Part shown: positions 1-9,173 of the stretch, piece after piece
How positions within the stretch are numbered: the first letter of the stretch is position 1
Layout of the letters: every line of letters starts with the position of its first letter
NCBI GenBank assembly: GCA_964496415.1
Contig: CAZBZN010000002.1
Location: 1 to 46,266, forward strand
Source: Candidatus Micrarchaeota archaeon
Lineage (GTDB): Archaea > B1Sed10-29 > JAJRYS01
DNA: 46,266 bases
Direction of reading: 5' to 3'
Notes under the pieces: generated by a model
Seen by the model: only the letters and a program-made list of their open reading frames with translations
The model's database searches: none
Told to the model about the DNA's origin: nothing
Program-made: the position numbers and the translations under genes

Positions 1-1363
<1,363 letters not shown>

Positions 1364-1394
1364 TTCCAAAACCACCCAGCATATTTCATATTGA

Positions 1395-1515
1395 AGCGGG
1401 GCGCGGGATTTGAACCCGCGTAGCTCGGTTTCTGTCAGAGCGCCTGCAGCTTCACCTTTCCAGACCCTTTATAGGGTCATAGAAAACGAGTGCATAGCCA
1501 CTCTGCCAACCCCGC
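1395..1515 (-). tRNA. Intron-containing tRNA, 121 nt; isotype ambiguous (Cys-GCA with two introns, or Arg-UCU with one 50-nt intron)
   Basis: GC-rich island. Acceptor GCGGGGU/GCCCCGC, D-arm GCAG-AGUGGCU-AUGC, T-arm GCGGG-UUCAAAU-CCCGC, discriminator U. There are 59 nt between the anticodon-stem halves CUCG and CGAG instead of 9. No CCA is encoded. Confidence 0.8.
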
Positions 1516-1550
1516 ATGCAGTAAAGCATGAAAATTCTCTTATTTAAACC

Positions 1551-1558
1551 ATGAACAC
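1551..1558 (-). promoter_or_regulatory. Candidate TATA box (TTTAAATA) upstream of the tRNA
   Basis: TTTAAATA on the minus strand about 36 nt upstream of tRNA position 1. The spacing implies a short leader. Confidence 0.3.
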
Positions 1559-1719
1559 AACCAAAATTAGAATTAGCAATAGCCTTTTCATCAATGCTTT
1601 TTTCAGAAACTTTTTTCAAGGCAAAGTAAATCCCTTCTCATCCCACTCACTGGAATAATATTTCTCTGTTGTTGTTTAAAAAGTTTGGGTTTAAATCTTG
1701 AAAACATGCCTCATTTAAA

Positions 1720-2694
1720 TCATTTCAACTTCTTTAGAGCTTTTTTCACCATTCTCATTACTCGTTTTGCTTTTTTTCTGGCTTTTTTTTCATTTCTTAT
1801 TTCTAATGCTGGGTGAAGCTGAAGCTCACTTAAGAAAGGCCTTATTCTTGCTTCTCTTGCTATTTCTTCAAACTCTTTTAAGTATTCCATTGGAAGCACT
1901 TTTGCTCCTATTACTCCTCTTTTAATTAGTTCTTTTCTCATCCAATTTACTTTGTCTTTTGGTACGAAAATTGTTGTCTTCCTGCTTTTCAAGTTAATCT
2001 CTTTTGTCACAATGTCATGAGTATCTGAATGAACTGAAACTGGCTCTATTTTTGGCTCTGCTGCTATAACTACTGGGAACTCTTCTTCTAGAATTTTCTT
2101 TTCTTTTTCACTCAGCCTTTCAAATTCTCTTATTCTTTTTTTACCTAGTTCTATTCTTTTCTTAATCCCTTGTTTTACGTCTTCACTTAAGTCAGGGTTC
2201 TCTCTTAGTATTTCTTCATATTTTGTTATGACCTCTTTTTCTTTTTCAGGAGAAAAGCCTCTTGCACGAGCATACTTTTCAAGAACATCATAATCGTACA
2301 ACGCAACTCCACTTAAGTACTCCTTGCTTATTCCTTTTCCTCCAACACCTATTGCGCTTATTTCTCCTGTAAAAGGAGTTACTCCTTTTTCATCAAGTTT
2401 TCCAAAAGAAACAAGCTTTCCTTTTGTTTCTTTTAATCCTAAAAGTATGGCAGATGAAGTGCCATGGTAAAAAGGCTTATACAAAAACTTCATTTTTTTA
2501 AGAATCTTTTTCATTTCCTTGTAATCCTTTTTTTCTCTTGCTTTTTTAAGCTGTTCAAGTATGTTTTTGTACTCTTCTTCTTCAAGCATTTGCTTTTGTC
2601 TTTTTTCAACTTTTTCCATCAGTCTGTAAGCTTCTCTTTTCTTGGAATAATCAAGTACTTTTTTAAAAGGGTTAACCGACTTCTTACGACGCAT
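1720..2694 (-). CDS. Hypothetical Lys/Glu-rich protein (324 aa), co-oriented directly downstream of relE
   Basis: Long ORF with an ATG start preceded by GGTGG. No family recognised; an FYHGTSS motif sits at aa 75-81. It lies 15 nt downstream of the relE stop. Confidence 0.6.
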   Translation of the reverse strand: MRRKKSVNPFKKVLDYSKKREAYRLMEKVEKRQKQMLEEEEYKNILEQLKKAREKKDYKEMKKILKKMKFLYKPFYHGTSSAILLGLKETKGKLVSFGKLDEKGVTPFTGEISAIGVGGKGISKEYLSGVALYDYDVLEKYARARGFSPEKEKEVITKYEEILRENPDLSEDVKQGIKKRIELGKKRIREFERLSEKEKKILEEEFPVVIAAEPKIEPVSVHSDTHDIVTKEINLKSRKTTIFVPKDKVNWMRKELIKRGVIGAKVLPMEYLKEFEEIAREARIRPFLSELQLHPALEIRNEKKARKKAKRVMRMVKKALKKLK

Positions 2695-2709
2695 CAGCCA
2701 CCAACCCAG

Positions 2710-2979
2710 TTATTTCTTTTGTATCTTCTTGTAAATATTCTTTCTATGCCCAACTAATAACACTCTTATCACTTTTTTTGAATTTATTACTTCTATTATT
2801 GCACGGTAATGGCCAGCTCTTACTTTTCTAAAGCTGCAGCCATGCAATGGGAAAGAATTTTTTATTGGTTCTTTGCTTAAAGAACTTACCAGGCTAATTA
2901 ATTGTCTCGCTCTTGTTTTTGGAATTTTTTTAAGTTCTTTTACCGCTTTTTTATGCCATTCTATTTTAAAATTAGTCAT
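2710..2979 (-). CDS. relE: RelE/ParE-family type II toxin
   Basis: 89 aa with WHKKAVKELKKIP, HYRAIIEV and a C-terminal LLVGHRKNIYKK tail typical of RelE/StbE. ATGA overlap with the upstream RHH gene. Confidence 0.75.
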   Translation of the reverse strand: MTNFKIEWHKKAVKELKKIPKTRARQLISLVSSLSKEPIKNSFPLHGCSFRKVRAGHYRAIIEVINSKKVIRVLLVGHRKNIYKKIQKK

Positions 2980-3197
2980 AATCCCAGCTCTTCAGCAACT
3001 CTTTCATGAGCTATAAAATCCTTTGACTTACTTCTTTTGATCACCTCTGCTAGGATTTCTTCTCTCAGTTCTTCACTGAAAAAGCTTCTAATAGCGTCTC
3101 TTATCAGCTCTGATTTTGTAGAATAAATCCCCTTCTTAACAGCTGCTTCTAATATTTTTATTAACTCATCACTTAAACGTACTTGCACTATTTCCAA
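2976..3197 (-). CDS. Ribbon-helix-helix (CopG-like) antitoxin
   Basis: VQVRLSDELIKILEAAVKKGIYSTKSELIRDAIRSFF is a typical RHH N-terminus. The maximal ORF extends to a TTG at 3230; I prefer the TTG at 3195-3197 downstream of GAGGTG, but the start is uncertain. Confidence 0.65.
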   Translation of the reverse strand: MEIVQVRLSDELIKILEAAVKKGIYSTKSELIRDAIRSFFSEELREEILAEVIKRSKSKDFIAHERVAEELGL

Positions 3198-3230
3198 TAC
3201 CAACACCTCTGTATTACTTGCGTAGTACAA

Positions 3231-3239
3231 ATATTTAAA
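3231..3239 (-). promoter_or_regulatory. Candidate TATA box (TTTAAATAT) for the RHH-relE operon
   Basis: AT box on the minus strand roughly 25-35 nt upstream of the candidate antitoxin starts. Confidence 0.35.
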
Positions 3240-3256
3240 GCTTTTGATTCATTTTA

Positions 3257-3970
3257 TCATTTAATTGCCTCCGAAACTGGCTTGTCAAGATACTCAAATT
3301 TTCCTGAATGCGGCTTGCATTTCCTGTTCTTTTTCATCTTTATTTTTTCAAAAGAGTACTTTTCCAAGTCAATAACAATGAGTTCCTGCGATATTCTTTT
3401 TCCAAGCAAATGCTTTACTGCAAGTGATGACTGAATGCTTGAAACTATTGCTGCTGCTTCATTGCTTACTCCTACAGTATCGCAGGTTTGAAAACTCTTT
3501 GGCATTGAGAATACGCATGAATAACAGGGGCCTGTTGGCTTGAACAAAGCAGCCATGCCTTGGTTTCTTAAAACAGCTCCAAACACCCAAGCCTTATTAT
3601 TCTTGACACAGTAATCGTTTATGAGGAATCTTGTTTCAAAATTGTCAGTACCATCAACCACCAAGCCCCTATCCAATAACCTTACCGTGTCTTGGTTTAG
3701 TTCTTCAACCACTGCCTTAACTTTTGTAAACTGCGAAAGCCTGTTAGCAAGCGCTGACGCTTTGGGTTTTCCAATGTCTTCTTTATAATACAATTGAGTT
3801 TCAAGGTTTTCTTTCCCAACAACATCCATATCAACTAAAAATAATTTCACTCCTAATCTTGCAAGAGCTTCTGCTGTCCTTGAACCAAGAGCCCCGCAGC
3901 CGACAATCACCACTCTACTCTTACGCAGGTTCTTTAAAGCTTTTTCACCGTATAATAATTCAAGACGCAT
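3257..3970 (-). CDS. ThiF/MoeB/UbaA-family E1-like adenylyltransferase
   Basis: VVIVGCGALGSRTAEALARLGV Rossmann/Gly loop, DMDVV, DGTDNFETRFLIND and one CxxC (CYSC). 237 aa with no rhodanese domain. Confidence 0.8.
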   Translation of the reverse strand: MRLELLYGEKALKNLRKSRVVIVGCGALGSRTAEALARLGVKLFLVDMDVVGKENLETQLYYKEDIGKPKASALANRLSQFTKVKAVVEELNQDTVRLLDRGLVVDGTDNFETRFLINDYCVKNNKAWVFGAVLRNQGMAALFKPTGPCYSCVFSMPKSFQTCDTVGVSNEAAAIVSSIQSSLAVKHLLGKRISQELIVIDLEKYSFEKIKMKKNRKCKPHSGKFEYLDKPVSEAIK

Positions 3971-4033
3971 AATCAGATAATGACTAGCTTTGTTTTAAAT
4001 ATTTTGCCTTGCTTAAAAACTCATGGTGTTTTA

Positions 4034-4642
4034 ATGGACAGTGAATACCGTAGGAAAAGAAACGCTTTGCTGAAGGAACGTGGGTTCAGTGAAAGAGAAA
4101 TTGAAACTGTAAAACTAAGAAAAATGAACGAGCCTTACCGCTTTTTAAGAGCTACTCTATCTAACAAAGAAAAAATCGTTATCCTCAGGGAAATGATCCA
4201 GTCAATGCCTGGTAAGACTATTGATGAAAAAATAAAAGAATTCAAAAAGCTTGAGTCAAAAGGGTTAAGAAGTGAAAGATTCAGCATTCCTGCATTCTTA
4301 GGAATCTCAAGAACAAAGTCAAGAACTCCTCTTTACAAGGACATTAAGAGAGGAGCGGGGATTGAAAAATTAAGACCTTCTGACTTAGAACTCCTTAGAA
4401 AAGCAGTAGAAGATAAGCTTGACGTTAGAGTACTAAAAAATGAGCTAAAAAGGACAAAATTTGACAGGCTCATGTTAATCCTGACAATGCTTGAAGCAGC
4501 AGGAATTGCAAGAAAAGAGAAAGAAAGTTCAAGACTTGTCAGAATAAAAGTTCTTGACCCAGAAAGACTTCAAAAAACCCTTGAAACTGGATACGTTCAA
4601 TGGCTTGAACTTAAACCATTGTATAAGAAAGAAAAGAAGTGA
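4034..4642 (+). CDS. Hypothetical basic protein
   Basis: The ORF opens at 3980, but the ATG at 4034 has GGTG upstream and leaves room for divergent promoters. No family recognised. Confidence 0.5.
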   Translation: MDSEYRRKRNALLKERGFSEREIETVKLRKMNEPYRFLRATLSNKEKIVILREMIQSMPGKTIDEKIKEFKKLESKGLRSERFSIPAFLGISRTKSRTPLYKDIKRGAGIEKLRPSDLELLRKAVEDKLDVRVLKNELKRTKFDRLMLILTMLEAAGIARKEKESSRLVRIKVLDPERLQKTLETGYVQWLELKPLYKKEKK

Positions 4643-4752
4643 CCCTCCCCTGCCTAATGACAAAGAGTCATCGACGTGCTTCACAGGAAAAAAGCCTACA
4701 AGTTCACGCAATAACATAATCCTTAAAAACTCTGACTGGTTTTTTTAAATTT

Positions 4753-5820
4753 ATGTTTTATTGTCCTAAATGCGGGTGGAAGTCAAAGGCTTTTAATTAC
4801 TTATGCCCTGAATGTGAAGGAATTTTACTTGTTGACTATGAGAAAAAAGAATGGAATCCTAAAGGTTCTGGGGCATGGCGTTATTCTTCGATGATCCCAG
4901 TTGCCAAGAGTATCTCTCTTCAGGAAGGAGGAACTCCGATAATCAGAAGAAGAGACGTGAAAGAACAAGTGTACTTGAAAGTTGAAGGTGATAATCCTAC
5001 TGGAAGCTTTAAGGACCGTGGGACCACTGTCGTTGTTTCTAATGCTTTTAACAGGAAATACAAAGAAGTCAGTGTTGCTTCCACTGGTAACATGGGAGCA
5101 AGTGTTGCTGCTTATGCTGCTTACGCTAATCTTAAAGCAAAAGTATTCGTGCCTGCTAAGACTCCTAAACAAAAGCTTGCTCAAATAACTGCTTATGACG
5201 CAAGCATAGTCAGGGTGAACGGAAGCTTTGATGACTGCGTTAAGAAAATGCTTGAAGAAAGTGAAAAAAGACATTCTTACATTGCAATGACTGGGATAAA
5301 CCCTTATTACGTGGAGGGAGAGAAAACAATTGGCTTTGAGATTTTTGAACAGATAGGCGTGCCTGACAAGATAATAGTGCCCATGGGTACTGGGGGACTA
5401 ATAACAGCTGTCTTTAAGGCTTTCAAAGAACTCAAACAATTGAAGGTTGTGAAAAAGCTTCCTGAAATGATAGGGGTACAAGCAAAAGCCTGCGCGCCTA
5501 TAGTTAATGCTTGGAAGCAAGGCACTTATGAGTATTCTCTTCCAAAGCATGCTAAGACGATTGCTTCAGCAATCTTTGTAAAGACTCCTTTTAACATAGT
5601 CACTGCGATTGACTCTATTAATGAATCAAAAGGTGAAGCAGTAACAGTAAATGACCTTGAAATGATCCGTGGGGTTAAAGAGCTTGGAAAGGAAGGAGTC
5701 TTCGCAGAACCAGCTTCAGCAGCAACCATTGCTGCTTTAAAAAAGATCGATTATTCAAAAGATGAAAAAATTGTCTTAATCATAACCGGAAGCGGGTTAA
5801 AACAACCTGTTGTGCTTTAA
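4753..5820 (+). CDS. thrC: Threonine synthase (PLP fold type II) with N-terminal Zn-ribbon
   Basis: CPKCGW...CPECEG zinc ribbon, the EGDNPTGSFKDRG lysine-PLP signature and the ASTGNMGASVAAYAA motif. Confidence 0.8.
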   Translation: MFYCPKCGWKSKAFNYLCPECEGILLVDYEKKEWNPKGSGAWRYSSMIPVAKSISLQEGGTPIIRRRDVKEQVYLKVEGDNPTGSFKDRGTTVVVSNAFNRKYKEVSVASTGNMGASVAAYAAYANLKAKVFVPAKTPKQKLAQITAYDASIVRVNGSFDDCVKKMLEESEKRHSYIAMTGINPYYVEGEKTIGFEIFEQIGVPDKIIVPMGTGGLITAVFKAFKELKQLKVVKKLPEMIGVQAKACAPIVNAWKQGTYEYSLPKHAKTIASAIFVKTPFNIVTAIDSINESKGEAVTVNDLEMIRGVKELGKEGVFAEPASAATIAALKKIDYSKDEKIVLIITGSGLKQPVVL

Positions 5821-5863
5821 CACTGAAACACCTTTAAATACTTGGTCTTGCTTATTTTTTCCC

Positions 5864-7024
5864 ATGCTTAACATGTTCTTGTTTCTTGCAGGAGTCTTCT
5901 TACTAACTTTTTTACTTGGAAGACTTGTTGAAAAAATAAGAGTACCTTGGATTTTCACTGCTTTAATCATTGGGGTTGTTCTCTCAATAAGCAATCCTTT
6001 CCAGGAAATAACTTCTTCACAGTCTTTTATTTTCTTAGCTCAGCTTGGAATGTATTTCTTACTTTTTATAATCGGATTTGAGCTTGACGTAAATGAATTA
6101 CTGAAGCAAAGTAAGTTCATTTTTACTGCTACTTTTTTCATAATCCTGTTTGAAGCTTTCTTCGGTTCACTGTTAGTGCATTTCATATTTGGATGCAATT
6201 GGCTGATATCAATAATAATTGCTTTATCTTTTGCAACAGTAGGAGAAGCAGTTCTTGTGCCTATTCTTGACGAGTTTAAGATGGTTAATTCAAAACTTGG
6301 GCAAAGCATAATAGGAATAGGCATGATTGATGACTTAGTAGAGATAACAATGCTGGTGGCAGTTGCTTTCCTCATAGGTGAAAAAACCGCTATCCCTCAT
6401 GAAAGCCTTGGGATTATCGTAATGTCTTTGGCTGCTTTATTCTTGCTTGCTTTTGGGTTAAAAAAGCTAAGCAGAACAGGGAAAAAATTCGCTTATTCAA
6501 GCATAGAAACCTTGTTCTTAGTAGTGATCTTTTTGTTTTTCTTGTTTTTAGGAGTAGGAAGCTATGCTGAAGCAACTGCTTTAGGAGCCTTACTTGCAGG
6601 AGTAAGCTTAAAAGCTTTCGTACCAGAACAAAGGCTTTGCCTTATAGAAGACGAAATAAAAGCATTATGTTACGGGTTCTTTGCCCCAATATTTTTCTTA
6701 TGGGTTGGGTCTTCGGTAAGCTTCAAATACATAGTTGATTACCCCCTGCTAGTGTTTTTAGTTGTGATTGTTTCAAGCATTGCAAAACTACTGGGAACAG
6801 TAATCATAGGAGCAAAACACTTAGGATTAAAACAAGCAATAACAGCAGGAATAGGGTTATCTGTAAGGTTTAGTACTAGCATTGTCGTAGTAAAACTCTT
6901 GTACGAGTTCAGAATAATAAGCATAAAACTTTACTCAATCCTAATAGCTTCAAGCATAGTATTCATACTCCTGATCCCTGTGTTGTTTTCTAACTTGTTA
7001 GTAAAATGGAATTTTAAAAAATAA
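5864..7024 (+). CDS. CPA2-type monovalent cation:proton antiporter (Kef/NapA-like)
   Basis: Polytopic membrane protein. The N-terminus LAGVFLLTFLLGRLVEKIRVPWIFTALIIGVVLS is typical of the Na+/H+ exchanger family. The start is moved to ATG 5864, with CCTTTAAATAC about 25-30 nt upstream. Confidence 0.7.
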   Translation: MLNMFLFLAGVFLLTFLLGRLVEKIRVPWIFTALIIGVVLSISNPFQEITSSQSFIFLAQLGMYFLLFIIGFELDVNELLKQSKFIFTATFFIILFEAFFGSLLVHFIFGCNWLISIIIALSFATVGEAVLVPILDEFKMVNSKLGQSIIGIGMIDDLVEITMLVAVAFLIGEKTAIPHESLGIIVMSLAALFLLAFGLKKLSRTGKKFAYSSIETLFLVVIFLFFLFLGVGSYAEATALGALLAGVSLKAFVPEQRLCLIEDEIKALCYGFFAPIFFLWVGSSVSFKYIVDYPLLVFLVVIVSSIAKLLGTVIIGAKHLGLKQAITAGIGLSVRFSTSIVVVKLLYEFRIISIKLYSILIASSIVFILLIPVLFSNLLVKWNFKK

Positions 7025-7031
7025 GCATCTT

Positions 7032-7244
7032 TTATGAAGGCAGATTAGTTTCCGGAAATGCATTGCTAAGATTTTCTAAAGCTTCTTTTATGAACTCAAT
7101 ATCTTCATTAATTTGTTTTCTTTCAATATCACTTTCAAGTTTTTTCTCTCGTAATTTTATGCTTTCATAATAATAGTATGCTGTTGCAAAAATAGCAATA
7201 GCTATTACTACCACTATAAAAAGAACTACTACTTTATTATTCAC
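7032..7244 (-). CDS. Small membrane-anchored coiled-coil protein
   Basis: 70 aa with one N-terminal TM segment then a charged helix. GTG start overlapping the upstream stop (GTGA). Confidence 0.45.
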   Translation of the reverse strand: MNNKVVVLFIVVVIAIAIFATAYYYYESIKLREKKLESDIERKQINEDIEFIKEALENLSNAFPETNLPS

Positions 7245-8401
7245 AAAATCCCACCTATTTTTTCTGATAACCTATTCAAGTTTTCTTTACAATTATCAAT
7301 GTTATTTACTACTTCTTTAACATCTCTTAATGTAAGTTTTTGTTTGTCTAGTATCTTTTTAATAGAGGTAATTCCTTCTTTAATCTTAACTAATTCTTCT
7401 TTTATCTCACCCCATTTTTCCGATTTTTCCTTGATCCCCTCCTTAGAATACCTTCTTTCAAGTTCTTCTGAAGTGTTATACAACCTATCAAGCTTATTAC
7501 TAATCTCAACTACTGTGTTAGCGTCAACAACGGAAACTACCATGCTATTAAGAGAACTTCTTCCTCCATTTCCTAAGTCCTCCCATACTGTTAATATTCC
7601 TGAAGTACTGATGCTTGATGGGAGTAAGTACGTCTTAGTGCATTCGTCATCAGAACAAGTTATTCCCTCTTTTGGTTGTAATTCTATTCCAACAGACTCA
7701 CTTGTTGTAAATGAGACAGTTATGTTTTCAAATATCTTTTCTATTTCAGATGTGGACGGTTCTCTTATTGTTACTTGCACTTCTCCAGCTGAATCATCCT
7801 TAACTATCACTGGATGAGGAGCAATTAGTTCTATTGTGAAAAAATTAGTAGGAGAGTTATTGCAGTAAGCCTCTCTACTTGTCACTTTTGCAATAGAATC
7901 TAATGAAGGAACTTCTATTACTCCAGTTCTTAGTAGATTGTTTTGAGTATCAAATAACTTGAGATAATATTCTCCTTCTTCTGTAGGAGCTTTGAAAAAC
8001 AGATAAGTTAGAAATCCTTTACTTCTTTTTATAGCATTAATCATTCCTTGATCTGCATCATTAGGAATATCACAGTTTTTGAAGGGGATATCAGCTTTTT
8101 TAGAATATTCCGCAATTTTATTCCCTTCTGTGTCTTCTATTATTAACTTTACTTCTTCACAGACATTTGATTTTAGTTGAAGTAACTGAAGTTCTCCTGG
8201 AACTATAATTGGATGCCTTTGAGGTGTTAGAGCATAGATTATTCCTTTATCAGGAAAATTTGGGTTTTCATATTTTATTTCAATAGGACCATATGGGGGG
8301 TTTTCATACTTACAAGTCCAAACAATGCCTGAAGAAGGGGTTATTAGGATCACTAAAGCAAACAATACGAAGGTAGTTTTCATAATAATTTTTTTCCACA
8401 T
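7241..8401 (-). CDS. Secreted/surface hypothetical protein with C-terminal coiled coil
   Basis: N-terminal hydrophobic signal-like segment (KTTFVLFALVILITPSSG), a Cys-containing beta-rich body and a charged C-terminal helix. Confidence 0.55.
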   Translation of the reverse strand: MWKKIIMKTTFVLFALVILITPSSGIVWTCKYENPPYGPIEIKYENPNFPDKGIIYALTPQRHPIIVPGELQLLQLKSNVCEEVKLIIEDTEGNKIAEYSKKADIPFKNCDIPNDADQGMINAIKRSKGFLTYLFFKAPTEEGEYYLKLFDTQNNLLRTGVIEVPSLDSIAKVTSREAYCNNSPTNFFTIELIAPHPVIVKDDSAGEVQVTIREPSTSEIEKIFENITVSFTTSESVGIELQPKEGITCSDDECTKTYLLPSSISTSGILTVWEDLGNGGRSSLNSMVVSVVDANTVVEISNKLDRLYNTSEELERRYSKEGIKEKSEKWGEIKEELVKIKEGITSIKKILDKQKLTLRDVKEVVNNIDNCKENLNRLSEKIGGIL

Positions 8402-8494
8402 ACCAATCCTTCCACTAATCTTCTTTGAAAAGGAAATATAAATAAGATACTATTTAAATTTATCATTTCCTCAAAAAATACCTAAAAAACAAAA

Positions 8495-8806
8495 TTAAGA
8501 GAATATTGCTTCGAACTTTTTCTCTATTTTTCTCTTTGTGGCATTGGATAAACCAAACAATCCGAATCCTCCGAGAATAAGCACTATGAATACTGCTTTA
8601 AGCACTTGCTGGTCAAAAGAATATGTTGAAGGAAGAAAGTCAATCAACAAGTATAAGAACAAGCAACTAACTACTAACAGCAAGTAAGTTATCTCATTAC
8701 TCATTTCTTTCAAATACTCTACTAACAAGTACTCGTAATTCTCTACTTTTCTGATTTCTTTCAAAGTTTTTGACTTAGTTTTCTTAGTAGTTTTAGTCTT
8801 AGGCAT
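8495..8806 (-). CDS. Small membrane protein (2 TM)
   Basis: Basic N-terminus followed by two hydrophobic segments. Confidence 0.45.
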   Translation of the reverse strand: MPKTKTTKKTKSKTLKEIRKVENYEYLLVEYLKEMSNEITYLLLVVSCLFLYLLIDFLPSTYSFDQQVLKAVFIVLILGGFGLFGLSNATKRKIEKKFEAIFS

Positions 8807-8859
8807 TAAGGCAACCCCATGTGAAATGAAAGCATAAAAGGTTTAAAAAGGTAGGGGTT

Positions 8860-9168
8860 TCAGCCGAATAGTGCTGCAAGTCCTCCTGCTGCTTCTTCCT
8901 CTGACTTCTCTTCTTTCTTTTCTTCCTTCTTTTCCTCTGCTTTTGCTTCTTCTCCTCCAGTAGCTGCTTGTACTGGTGCTGCTGCTTGAACTGCTACTGC
9001 TTTGTTCATTGCTTCTTCTATGTTAACTCCTTCTAAAGAAGCTACAAGAGCTTTTATTTTCGCGTCGTCAGCCTGCATTCCAGCTGCTTCTATTACTTTC
9101 TTAACATTTTCCTCATTTATTTCCTTGCCTGCTGAATGCAGTAACAAAGCCGCGTACACGTATTCCAT
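8860..9168 (-). CDS. rpl12: 50S ribosomal stalk protein P1 (L12e)
   Basis: [23 protein letters not shown]-terminus, Ala/Glu/Lys hinge and the conserved C-terminal GGLAALFG tail. GGAGGT Shine-Dalgarno upstream. Confidence 0.92.
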   Translation of the reverse strand: MEYVYAALLLHSAGKEINEENVKKVIEAAGMQADDAKIKALVASLEGVNIEEAMNKAVAVQAAAPVQAATGGEEAKAEEKKEEKKEEKSEEEAAGGLAALFG

Positions 9169-9173
9169 TTGCT

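Noticed and set aside
1560-1719. A possible small minus-strand ORF or extra ncRNA between the tRNA and the 324-aa ORFan.
   Set aside because: The only open frame reads through the tRNA gene. The region is AT-rich with no stable helices, and it is best explained as the tRNA promoter plus the terminator region of the upstream gene.
3980-4033. The longer start (ATG 3980) for the ORF divergent from the E1-like gene.
   Set aside because: It leaves only 9 nt between divergent start codons, encodes a hydrophobic, odd N-terminus (MTSFVLNILPCLKTHGVL) and lacks an RBS. The ATG at 4034 follows GGTG.
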